DNA from: Octopus sinensis
Taxonomy: Eukaryota
Direction: 5' to 3'
Length of the DNA stretch: 64,000 nucleotides
NCBI RefSeq assembly: GCF_006345805.1
Contig: NC_043002.1
Span: 82,832,001-82,896,000, forward strand
In this document: piece by piece, positions 24,470-36,229 of the stretch
How positions within the stretch are numbered: the stretch's first letter is position 1
Layout of the letters: each line of letters opens with the position of its first letter
Program-made: the position numbers and the translations under genes
Notes under the pieces: generated by a model
What the model was told of the DNA's origin: nothing
The model's database searches: none
Seen by the model: only the letters and a program-made list of their open reading frames with translations

Positions 24470-26800
24470 CTGCCCAGCTGGTGCTAGAACACCTACAATG
24501 CTGATGTTCTATATATATAACAGCCACATATATTTTCATTACTGGTGACTTCAACTACCCTGAAATTGAATGGGAAACTTTTCGTTGGTAATAACACTTT
24601 GGACCTGCTCTTTACCACCACTCCTAGAACTGTTATCAGTGTTGTGACAAAGGAACCTCTAAGTGACTCCAATCATGCTATGATCATTGCCAATCTATCT
24701 CTTGTAGGCAGAAACAAGAAGCACCACTACCTTCAAACCACTCGATTTGACTGAAACTGTTACTGTAAGGAGTTATGACACCTAAACTGGTTTGAATTTT
24801 ACAATCCAGGGGATATCAATACTGTTTTTCAAAATATCTTCAGTGCAATCTGGACTGCATGTGAAGCATCACTACTGTACAAACACTCTAGAAATAAAAA
24901 CAATGTAATTTGGGAGGCTGCAGCAGTTCGACTTGCCAGGAAAGATCGTTGTGATGCTGAACAGAAATACACACAGCATAGAACAGATGAAAGCAGAAGA
25001 GGATGCAACAGATCATCTAACCGACTCCAGCAAGCAACGAAAAAGGCAGTGCTTGAGTTTGAAAGATGTATAACAACTAGCAACTAGCCCTGACAGCAAA
25101 GTGTTCTGAAAATATGTGTGTTCAAAACAGAGTTCTCACTCCCTAACTGGCCCTCTTCACGATACCCACACAGGTCAGATGACTGATGAAGCCAAGGAAT
25201 GCACTGAGCGTATTGCTGAATGCTATGCTGGCATTTTTACTGCTGATAACCCCAATGTATCTTCTTTAGCAACTCTGACATCAAATTCCATAACATCTAT
25301 GAAATTCACACCCACAATGCTGTGAGACCACAAGAATAAGCGCAACCAGGCCTCTCCTGGTTTTGATGGTGTAACTTATTTTCTTCTCAAATGTGGTGGG
25401 TTCTTTCTATTGCACCAGCTTTCTTCCTTTTGTCAATTCTGCCTTAACAACTGTGTCACTTCAGAGCACTGGAAAATTGCCAGTGTTATTTCCCTGTTCA
25501 AAACAGGTGATCGCACATCACCTGTCAATTACTGTCCAGTCAGCCCTACTAGCTGCATCACCAAACTTATGGAGTCCTGTATCAGGGAAATACTCTGGAA
25601 CTTTTGGTGCTCTCACAGCCTTATTTAGCCCTCACAATTTGGTTTTATCCCCAACTCCAGCTGCTGTAGTCAAGTTTCTTGAGGACATAACCTGAGTTAT
25701 TGATGGCGGCTCATGGCTGGATACTGTCTACCCTGATTTTGCTAAAGCCTTCAACTCTGTTCCACACAAACGACTCATGGTAAAAATCCCTGCAGTGAGT
25801 GTGAAGGATGATCTCTATAACTGGTTGAAGTCCTTCATTCTCAGCTGGAAAGATGTAATTACAGTTCTAGGACATCGTTCTTCACCCTACAAGATTACTT
25901 CTGGTGTACCACAGGGATCTGTTCTTGGACCCTTACTGTTGGTTGCATATATTAATGATATAGATGCCAATTTGAGGAATGTTTCAGTGCTGAAATATGC
26001 AGATGACACCAAGCTGTACCTTGAAATAAAAAGAACAGATCCTATCCTGCAATCAGACCTGGATACAATGCAGCAGTAGACCTCTGACTGGCAACTCAAG
26101 CTAGCTGTAGACAAATGTGTCACCATGCATTTTGGGAGGAAAAATCCAGCCTTTACATTCTCCCTCAGCAACACCAATCTCAAGAAGTCTTCTAGTGGAC
26201 ATGATTTGGGTATTATTGTAAACAACAATCTGCATTGGACAAACCACATATCTAAGATTGTCAAAAAGGCTGAGGTGGTGCTAGCATCTCTCAATAACAC
26301 CTTTGTCAGCCACTCTCCAGTTATCTATTTAAAATTGTATACAACAATGGTATGTCCACACTTGGAATTTGCATCACCAGTCTGGAACCCCTCTTTTTCT
26401 CAGCATATAAATCTCCTGGAAACTTCAGAAATGTGCAACAAAGTGAATACCCGCCGTCAGACATCTACCATACTCTGAACGTCTTGCATTCCTGGGCATG
26501 GATACATTGAAGCCCTGACGTCTGGCAACTGACTTGATTGACACCCACAAGATTATCCACCATATTTACAACAACAACCTTGGGTACCTTTTCGAATTCC
26601 ATATGACAAACACTCACGGACATGCTTATAAAATCAAAAGATAACACAGCACCCACAACTTTCGGAAACAATTTTTCATGCTCAGAATTGCAGAAGCATG
26701 GAATAAACCACCTGCATCAGTTGTTAGCTGTCAAGACACTACATCTTTCAAAACTTCCATGTGTCCTGAAATCCGCCAACAGTACACCTGATGGCCATTT
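24470..26800 (+). pseudogene. Degenerate CR1-like LINE ORF2 (endonuclease plus RT)
   Basis: Motifs GDFNYP, NTLDLLFT, YCPVSPTSCITKLMES, DFAKAFNSVPH, SGVPQGSVLGPLL, YADDTKLY and PHLEFASPVWNP, interrupted by many stops and frameshifts. Confidence 0.88.
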
Positions 26801-27749
26801 TTTTTTCTTTTAGTTGTAGTGCACCTGAGCACTGTATACAACAATTTCCTTCATCATTATTTATGTGTGCGTGTTGACTTTCTGTGCAACATTTTATGGC
26901 TGTTAGTCAATGTAATGTCACACTCACTTCTAATATTTGGTGCAAGACTGTCTCTCTTTTCTATCTATTTCTCTGTCCTTCTCCTCTCCCCTCTATCTAC
27001 CTCTCTACCTATCTGATGCTTTTCTCCCTTTACTGCCTTCCATTTCTTCCTCTGTCCATCTCTGTCAACTACTTACTGTCTACTATTATTCCCTTATTTC
27101 TCCAAACTCTCTCTTTCTTCCTACTTGCTCTTCCCTAACCTTCTCTACTCTCTTTCTTCACTTTTTTGGTACCAAAAGACAATCCAATTTTTTATCACTC
27201 ATCGTTTTTCTACTTGATCAGTATATAAGTAATACATCATCGTTTAATGTCCATTTTCCATGCTGGAATAGGTTGAATGGTTTGACTGGGGCCTGGAAAG
27301 CCAGGACGCTGCACCAGGCTCCAGTCTGATCTGGCAGTGTTTCTACAGCTGGATGCCCTTCCTAATGCCAACCACTCTGAGAGTGTAGTGGGTGCTGTTT
27401 TTACGTACCACCGGTACAGGGGCCAATTTCCTGCCTAGTACTCATTTCAGATACCAAGTTTATCTTTTCACTTTTCATTCTTTTCTTTCCTTCTAACTTT
27501 CTTCCCTATACCCCATCTCTCTATCCTTCTCCTGAGCCTTCTCATTGTACCTTTGGAACACAAGCACCTCAATTTTCTTCCTTTCTTTTTTTTTGTTAGT
27601 TTTTGTCATGTAGTGTCCCACATTTTGAAATACTTGCAATTTGTATTTTTACTGCTTATTTTAGATCTGCTTGATACATTTCCAAAATTAAACATTTTAA
27701 TATGCAAAATATACTTCACATTATTATATATACTATGCATTAATACAAA

Positions 27750-28247
27750 AAATATTGTGTTTATTGGCTATCTTCAAAATGATCACACCATCAATGGAAC
27801 ATTTCAATACCAACTTCCTAAGGCAGTTATGAAAGGCTATCAAGACCAAACACCCAGAAAAACTGATGAATGGAGTTTTGTTTCATTAGGACAATGCTTC
27901 AGCACACAAGTCCTTGGTTTCAATGGCTGTTGTGTGTGACTGGCTTTGAATTGGTTGATCATCCTCCCTATGTTAGCGATTTGGTTCCTTCTGGTTATCA
28001 TCTGTTTCCCAACATAGATAAACACTCAGCTGAGCACCAGTATCACTATGATGAGTACATCTTATCTGTTGTTGATGACCATTTTGATCAACAGAAAAGC
28101 TTCTTCACCAGTGTGACCCAAGCACTGCAACTAATAATGGAAGTGTGTGGACAGTAAGAGGAACTATGTTAGAAAATGAACTTCATTTGGTCACATTCCA
28201 TTGAGAGTGTCTTGCTCAGATTATGAACATTTCAGCACACCCTCATA
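27750..28247 (+). pseudogene. Mariner (DD34D) transposase remnant with right end
   Basis: Reads GVLFH*DNASAH and GFELVDHPPYVSDLVPSGYHLFP (the YSPDLAPSD motif). Ends in a TIR-like ...ttcagcacaccctcata. Confidence 0.85.
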
Positions 28248-29171
28248 ATAATAAAATTTATTATTATACCTGCATTTGTTTTAATGTTAAAATTAGGACC
28301 TGGGTTTGCACCCCCTTAGCAAATTTTGTTGCTGGGTCACTGCCAGTTGAACTGGAGTCGATGTAATCGATTTACCCACTCCCTCGAACTTGCTGGCCAT
28401 GTGCTACAAAAATTGAAATCATTTAAGGCGGAGAGTTAGCAGAATCATTAGCATGCTGGGCAAAATATTTAACGACATTTCATCCGTCTTTACATTCTGA
28501 GTTCAAATTCCGCCAAGGTCAACTTTGCCTGTCATCCTTTAGGGGTTGATAAAATAAGTACCATCTATGTGATCGACTATTCTCCTCTCCCATCCTTTCT
28601 ACTATAGGCACAAGGCCTATAGTAGAAAGGATTTTTCTAGTGACTATTTTTTTTTCACAATAACGTTCAATGACTGCAACAAAATAGATTTTTGAAAACA
28701 GCTGTCATAATAAATTGATTTCGTCATACTTTGATTTTAAAAAAATAGAGAAAAATATTTCACTTCATCTTTATTTTTCATAATCTATCTACCTATATTT
28801 TATCTATCTGTCTATCTATCTGTCTATCTGTCTATCTATCTGTCTGTCTGTCTGTCTTTCTGTCTGTCTGTCTTTCTGTCTGTCTGTTTATTATTGGCAG
28901 AATTTCGGATTAAGTGCCCCACATTCTAAAGATACTTTTGGGTGGGGATCTTAGATCCTTTTGCTGTCGTATTCCGGTGCTCTGAACAACAGATGTGTCA
29001 AACAAATCTGATTCTTTTCTTCTTCAGAATTCAAGTTTTTCACATTCCCCTATCTGCAATGGCTTGGGAATGAAATTTGCTTAGTGGGTACAAACTCGGG
29101 TCCAATTTTTTTTTACAAACAAGGCTGATTTTTTTCCTGACTTAATATCAAAACAAACATAGGTATAATAA

Positions 29172-29207
<36 letters not shown>

Positions 29208-29667
29208 GGAAAAGTAATGCTTCAAAATCATTCCAAAATTTTTCTACACGCAATCGTTTTGGCGATGAAGTTTTCCAAGAGGATATCCAAAGTGTTTCCA
29301 TTGCACAAGTTTTTATGTTCATGCATTACAGTACTGTATCAGACGGGGTTCAGACAGCAAAGTTTGCTGAACATTCTCTCGCATGATGCAACAAATACAG
29401 GCTTGCAACATGACAATGGCTTTTGATTATGGAGTTTAATAGGTCATCAATTGTTCTTGTATTGAAGAATGACTTCCGATGCTGATGTTGTTGCAATTTT
29501 TTAGTTGTGATAAGGGTGGTAGTAGTAGAACATGATGACAATGATGATGATGGGTCATGTGGTAATCCAGGGACAAGAGGAAGTGGAAAGGCTCTTGATT
29601 GTGGAATTGTGTTAGCATTGAGGAGTGGCCGTGGTTTTTGCTGTTATTGTTATGTTGTTGTTATATA

Positions 29668-30576
29668 TACACAAATATGACAGAAATAGACACCCTTATA
29701 ATCGTTAGAATTTATTTAAATCTGAAATTATGCATTGAAAATATTTGTTAATTATCATAATGTGAATATTCAATATTTAGTAGACATGCTCTTTGCACTT
29801 TTTCAATGCCTATTAGGCATTCTCCTGATCAGATGATAAATATTCTCTTGAGGAATTTCTTGCCAAGTTTCATGCAGTGATCTCAAAAGATCTGGCTCTT
29901 TGAAGATGCTTTCTTGTTCTTTTTATGAAATGCTCTGTCCATTATGTTGCAGAGATGTTCAATAGAATTCATACGTGGTTACTGGCTTGGACGTGGAAAT
30001 TTTTTAATGCCGTTCTCTTCCAACCAATCTTGGGTCATTTTTAACTGTGTGACAAGGACCCCCATCTTCCATAAATAAAGGGTCCTCTTTAATCATTTCA
30101 CAACTGGAAAAGTTTGGAAGAAGTTCTTTCTGCAATATGGACATATATTTATCAGAGTCTATGTTTCCCTCACACTCCACCAGTTCTGATCGACAGAATA
30201 CCCGCCGTATCACATTGTTGGCTGCAATCTTTTCACGTCAAATTCTTGATCACTGAGTCTCCAGACCCACACTACTGATTAATGTCAGAAAATACAGCAA
30301 ATCTGGACTCATAAGACAATATGACAGTCTCCCAAAATGCTAATGGCCTCTCTACTGTCTCTCTGGTCCAATCTTTTCTTCATTTGATATTGGCTGGTCG
30401 AAGAAGTGGCTTCCTTCTTGCTGCTCTGCCATAGTAACCAAGTTTGTAGAGATACCTGACAGCTGTTCTGGGACTGACATTAACTTGGTTGCTCTGCTAT
30501 AGTAGCCAAATTTGTGGAGATACCTGACAGCTGTTCTGGGACTGACATCAAATTGTTCTGCTATGTCAGAATACAC
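29668..30576 (-). pseudogene. Tc1-like transposase remnant
   Basis: HTH-like segment IAEQFDVSPRTAVRYLHKFGYYSR, and EGNIDSDKYMSILQKELLP...FMEDGGPCHT containing the second catalytic Asp (QDNAPCH equivalent). Confidence 0.82.
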
Positions 30577-30772
30577 GTCATTGATTGGCTAAAATTACCC
30601 GAATGCGACAACTTTAACACGAAATAACTTCCAAAATACGAAAATTTTGTGAAAAACGTTTAAAGTAACCTGTGTTCTGAGTGAGAAATTCCACCAGTAT
30701 ACGAAGTTTTAAGCTGTTTTGTTAAAAAAAATTAATTAGAAAAATCTGTGCGCCAAACTGAACAGATCTGGC

Positions 30773-30944
30773 CAGTGCTGTCTTAAGGCATAAACATATT
30801 GAGTAGTTGCTCTAGGGTCCCGCAGGTCTAGGTGAGCAGTTTTACTCTATGTATGCTAAGGCTTGCTGTCAATAAATACATAAATACTATAAGGCCAGTG
30901 CATTGATTTGCCCAAGGACCTATAATTTTGTCAAGGCAGCCCTA
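30773..30944. mobile_element. hAT-like MITE (related fragments at 23050-23141 and 23680-23716)
   Basis: Degenerate TIRs cagtgctgtcttaa / gtcaaggcagcccta. The internal gcttgctgtcaataaata matches the reverse complement at about 23110-23128. Confidence 0.55.
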
Positions 30945-31077
30945 GTTATAGTAAAAGAGTGTAAACACGTATGTATGTATGTATACATGCATGTATGTAC
31001 GTATGTACGTTCATACATACATGCAGATCAAGTGCAAGGGATTGTCTCCTTCAGACCACTCTCCGGCATCTACCCAG

Positions 31078-31390
31078 TCAACTTGCGGATCCCAAGATTT
31101 CAGTAGGAATCGCCTGAAGTGTAAGCAGGATCCGGAAACTTGGAATTCAAGATAGTTTTCAGATTGAGAGTTCCACTAAGCTCAGATTGCAATGTTTGTT
31201 CCCGTCGAAGTAGGTTTTTCTAGGATCTTCCATGTGATTACATGTGAGTCCCTTCGTCCATCAGGCGCCACACGTGGCTAGCAAGGATGTGGCATGACGT
31301 CGCTCTGTGATCATAAATGAGGATTTGTGGTTGGAGAGGCACTGCTTGAAGGTGTTTCTGGAACGCCCAATGTATTTTCGAATGCTGCTG
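31078..31390 (-). pseudogene. Penelope-like element GIY-YIG endonuclease relic
   Basis: Manual translation across frameshifts gives RKYIGRSRNTFKQCLSNHKSSF...ATSL / ASHVWRLMDEG / VITWKILEK / YFDGNKHCNLSLVE ... LNSK / CLHFRRFLL. This is the YIG..FK.R..NH..SF / H.W.L / I.W.IL / C.LC..E / C.H signature of PLE endonucleases. Confidence 0.85.
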
Positions 31391-32330
31391 TTGGAGTTGC
31401 TGCTTCTGCTGATGTTGCTACTTCCGCTGTTGTTGTTGCTGTTGGTGTCTCCGTTGGTGCTGCTCTAACCATCGTCATTGTTGGAGCCGTTATGGAAAGC
31501 AGATGTTAAACGATGATATATATATCTGTCTTTGTGTCTGTGTTTGTCTCCCCTCTACCGCTTGACAACCGGTGTTGGCGTGTTTATGTCCCGTAACTTA
31601 GCGGTTCAGCAAAAGAGACAGATAGAATAAGTATCAGGCTTTAAAAAATAGCACCAGGTACAATTCATTTGACTAAAAATTCTTCAAAAGTTCTTCAGTG
31701 CCCCAGCATAGCCACAGTCTAATTACTGAAACAAGTACATAAGATAAAAAAGATACATAGTAACTGTGGATGCAGTACAGCCAAAGGTTTAAAAGCTTGC
31801 TTCACAACCACGATGTCCGTAGTTCGAACCCACTGAGCAAACGTAATTTTCAAAAGCCTTGGATCGGATCGATGAGTGGATGGAAACTGTAGAGAAGCCT
31901 GTTAGATAAATTTTAACTTATTCAAAAGAATGCAGCCTTCTCGCACATAATGTTACAGTAATTCTGACTGAGAATTATGTTAAGGGTATACATACATATC
32001 TATGGAATACTCAGCCTTTTAAACCTTTATTCAGGAGCTGCGAATTGTTTATTTGATTGAACAACTGCATCCTCATCATCGAACAACGGAGATCTATCCT
32101 ACAGTAACTGGTAGATTCGTTTAGCTAAATCCGAACTTCATGTTGCGATTATCTAATTAGCGAAGGATTCTGCTCAAAAGTCAAATTTATGGGATTGTAA
32201 CTGACGAAATAAATAAATAGGTAAATATTGTTGCATTTCGAGAGGGTCATTTCATTTAATTATTTTTCTTTATTTCAGATAAACACACGCACTATATATA
32301 TATATATATTATATATATATATATATATAT

Positions 32331-32550
32331 ATTTTTCACTTGTTTATTACTGTTCTTATTTATTTAATGTCCTTTGGCCGGAAATCTTTCGTCACACATC
32401 TGTGACCCCTTCAGCAACACTTTTCGTTTCCGTGTGTAGCAAGAACACGCACGGAAACGAAAGATGTCACTGAAGAGGTGACAGATGTGTGATGAAAGAT
32501 TTCCGGACAATGGACATTAAATAAGAACAGTAATAAACGAGTGAAGAATA
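32331..32550. repeat. Fold-back element (~105-bp arms) with a hammerhead-like motif in each arm, inside (TA)n
   Basis: Arms at 32331-32437 and 32447-32550. Each contains CTGAAGR-G-stemII-GAAA-GATTTC followed by AATAAA. Confidence 0.8.
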
Positions 32551-32559
32551 TATATATAT

Positions 32560-32958
32560 GGATCTTTTCGGTTTGAACGGCAGTTTTTCCCAGCGGTGTC
32601 ATATGAAATTGTCACCCATAATTATGACCCTAGTATCGATCTATTGCCTTTCAATCTGTTTTAGGGTTAGGGTTAGAAGTGGGGGGAGGGTATCTTTTTT
32701 TTCTTCAGAAATGTAAATAAACCCAGGGACATATTCATACGGCACAGAATGCTTTTTACTTCAATAGACGTCAGTGATTGGTTGAAATTGCAGAAATTGA
32801 AGAAAAAAACAGCAAATATCTTACAAACTATAGAATTTTCTCAATAAAGCCAAGAGAAAAATATGTTCTATGAACACATTCTACCAGTATACGAAGTTTA
32901 AAATTTTTTTGTTACCTAGAAATTATGTTAAAAACTGCCGTTCAAACCGCAAAGATCC
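32560..32958. mobile_element. GGATC-TIR MITE with internal TTAGGG repeats
   Basis: TIRs ggatcttttcggtttgaacggcagttttt / aaaaactgccgttcaaaccgcaaagatcc. Inserted in (TA)n. Confidence 0.85.
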
Positions 32959-33820
32959 ATATATATATAGTGCATGTGTTTATTTGGTAAAAAAAAATTA
33001 TAAAGAAATAAAATGACCGTGTTTCAACACACGATTTCACATAAGGAATCTTACAAAACGAATTGATAAAATAAATAAATGCTATTGGTATAAGTTGTAA
33101 CTCCTTTAAAAAGTATAGCAGCTACAGAAAGCAGCATGGGTTAGCTACTAGTTTAAGTTGTAAATAGGCTTGCGACTGTAAGTTTGTGCAGAAAAATTCG
33201 AGATAAGCTGTAACATGAGTTATGATGTCGCAGCTGCAATGATTGGCAGTTCCATAGTGACTGTCGTTAGGTGTAAGTGTCATGAGAGGCAGTACCAAAA
33301 AGCATTATCTGATTAGTCCTTTCCAAGAACCAATAACACAATCTCTCTCTCTCTCTTTTCCTTCTCTCTATATGTGCATGTGTGCACATATGTATATGTA
33401 TATGTATATATATACATGTGTGTGTATGTATATATATGTATATATATATATATTTCTTTACTACCCACAAGGGGCTAAACATAGAGGGGGAAAACAAGGA
33501 CAGACAAAGGGATTAAGTCGATTACATCGACCCAGTGCGAAACTGGTACTTTATTTATCGACCCCGAGTGGATGAAAGGCAAAGTCGACCATTGTGCACA
33601 CATATGTATGTATATGTATATGTATATATATATATATATGCGTGTGTGTGAGTGTGCAACAAATGTAGTTTTTCTTCCCTTTCCAATATAAACAATTTCC
33701 TCAACCAACACGTATACATACATACATATAAATATAAATATACATAATATACACAAACACGCACGTACTCTCTCTTTCGCTCTCTCTCTCTCTCATACGT
33801 AAATCAGTAATTTTGCTGTG

Positions 33821-33835
33821 TGGCGCCCTCTAGCA
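33821..33835 (-). promoter_or_regulatory. CTCF-like binding motif
   Basis: Minus strand TGCTAGAGGGCGCCA resembles the CTCF core CCRCYAGRGGGCGC, and it lies in non-repetitive sequence. Confidence 0.5.
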
Positions 33836-33899
33836 TCATAACATGAATAAAGAGAAATCTATTTCTCCCAAGGGCAGACTACTCACACCACTTTCTTTT

Positions 33900-34041
33900 G
33901 AATGAAAGAGATTGGTGATTTTAGTCATTTTCACACAGTTGTACCTGACAGAAGACGCAAGTCAAGTGTTGGACTAATTCTCTATCTCAACCATTTTCTT
34001 CTTGCCTATATTTATATATTATCATTTTTTTTTTATTGAAG
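33900..34041 (+). promoter_or_regulatory. Candidate TSS and non-coding first exon of the Lifeguard-like gene
   Basis: Unique sequence within the CpG-retaining domain, with an ATTGG box at 33911 and a donor-like GAAG|gttagt at 34041. The downstream coding exon needs an upstream UTR exon. Confidence 0.3.
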
Positions 34042-34628
34042 GTTAGTATATCTCATGTGTTTATTTGACATTTTCCTCTTAACAACAGCTGAAGCCAAGA
34101 GAACGAAGAAAGAAAATATAACGTAATATTTTTGTTTAAAGAAACACAGTAAAGAATTTTCCCCTTAACCATAGCAGAAAACATGAAAGAAATTGCAACC
34201 AGAATATATTTATATCTAGAATTTACTATCACTATTAACAGGTTTCTTAGTCGCGTACACATACATATAAATATATAATTTCATTTTCGAATATCTATTT
34301 CGAGTTCGTTAGATTATTATTTTCTTGTAGGTGAAATTATGCGATCACCTTTCTTTCATTCTTTTAAAATATTTATATATTCGATTACTACTAGATTAGG
34401 TTAATAAATGTTTGATTTCTGGATAAAAAAATATATATATAAAGGAAATATGCCTTTTTTTATTGGTTTGAATTTAAATTTGTTGTTTGCTTTGATGTTT
34501 CTTTTATTTTGTATAAGAGCTACATTTTCGATTTCTTGAATAATAATGTCATCATCATATTGATATTTTTCAACGTGGATCTCTATACTTCAAACTCAGG
34601 TATACACTCACGCGAAAATATACATACA

Positions 34629-34707
<79 letters not shown>

Positions 34708-35579
34708 TGTGTAAGTAGATATTGAGTACTGTATACTCTGAAATAATCGCGCCGCCTCATGTACCCGCAAGGATATGTACTCTAGAGAGTATATTAAAAT
34801 ATTTGACAGTTCAAACTTATATATGGATATATATATATATATATATTTTCACATGTTTGATTGTGCAAATGAATGATGATATATAATGTTTGTTGTTGGA
34901 ATCAAGCTTTTCGTTGCTGCTTTCACGGTTCCGCTTATTAGTGCGACAATATTCAGTAATGACGAAAGAAAAAGCCTTCGATTCATACACATTCCGTCGC
35001 CTTTCATCATATTTTCATTTTGTCTTTTCCACCAAGTGTAATTCCAGAACGCAATAAGTTTTTTTTTTTATTTACATTAGATAAATATGTTGGCGTCAAC
35101 ACCGCGTCCAGAATTCAGCTAAAAGAATTTTTGCTCTTGTTGTTACTTGATAATAAACGTTACGATTTATGGATGTTAACATAATTATTGTTCAGTATTA
35201 GGTAATTAAAAATATGTTATGAATTACCTTAGGATAATTAACTTGTGATAATCTTCGACTAAAATGTCTTTACGTTAACTCAGCAAAACTGATTTCAATG
35301 AAACTGTGTCATAATATGTGCGTGTGTATATTTATAGATATATATGTCTTCTTGAAAGATGGTCGTTTTTATGGTAGAGGATTATCCGCGGTGGGTTTCT
35401 ATGCTTTATATGGTTTTGTTTTAGAGTTGTGTTTATGAGAGTTTTAAAATGTATTTGTGATCTTATTCTTCTTTAATGATTTATTGCCAAATTATTTTTG
35501 GCATATATCACTCTAAATGTTTATACACACACACACATATATATATATTGGAAGGTTTGGAGATGATGTACAGGTATTT

Positions 35580-35692
35580 TATATTAGAAGAAATGAGGTA
35601 CTCAGAAAATCGGATGGTTTATATTTACAGATATATAATATCTGTAAATATAAACCATCCGATTTTCTGAGTACCTCATTTCTTCTAATATA
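35580..35692. repeat. Perfect 55-bp-arm palindrome (3-nt loop) in a (TA)n-flanked element
   Basis: 35580-35634 is the exact reverse complement of 35638-35692. Confidence 0.93.
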
Positions 35693-35821
35693 TATATATA
35701 TATATAACCTGTCTCTCACTCCCCTTTTTTACTCTTGGGGTAAATATTAAATACATGTACTATCAAAGCACGTGGTGAGATATTTTTGTGGGATTGTCAT
35801 CTTTCTAAACTCCAACTTGTC

Positions 35822-36050
35822 ACTTTTATCTCTCTTGCATGTTTCAGTCATTTGACTGCGGCCATACTGGAGCACCGCCTTTAGTCGAGCAAATCGACCC
35901 CAGGACTTATTCTTTGGAAGCCTAGTACTTATTCTATCGGTATTCTTTTGCCGAACCACTAAGTTACGGGGACGTAAACACACTACCATCGGTTGTCAAG
36001 CGATGTTGGAGGGGGAGGGCAAACACAGACACACAAACGTACACACACAC

Positions 36051-36083
<33 letters not shown>

Positions 36084-36229
36084 ATCGACGGACTTCTTTC
36101 AGTTTCTGTCCACTTACAAGGCTTTGGTCGGCCCGAGGCTCTTGTAGAAGACACTTGCCCAAGGTGCCGCGCATTGGGAATGAACCCGGTTGGCAAGCAA
36201 GCTACTTACCACACAGCCACTCCTGCGCC
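35822..36229 (-). mobile_element. SINE family A, near full length, CpGs intact
   Basis: Minus-strand head ggcgcaggagtggctgtgtggtaag, microsatellite linker and tail gactgaaaca. Confidence 0.9.

Noticed and set aside
26884-27329. Leu/Ser/Phe-rich ORFs
   Set aside because: Translations of a CT-rich low-complexity tract and an RTE tail fragment.
31327-31509. 60-aa Ala/Val-rich ORF resembling a membrane peptide
   Set aside because: Low-complexity (GYT)n sequence lying antisense to the GIY-YIG relic.
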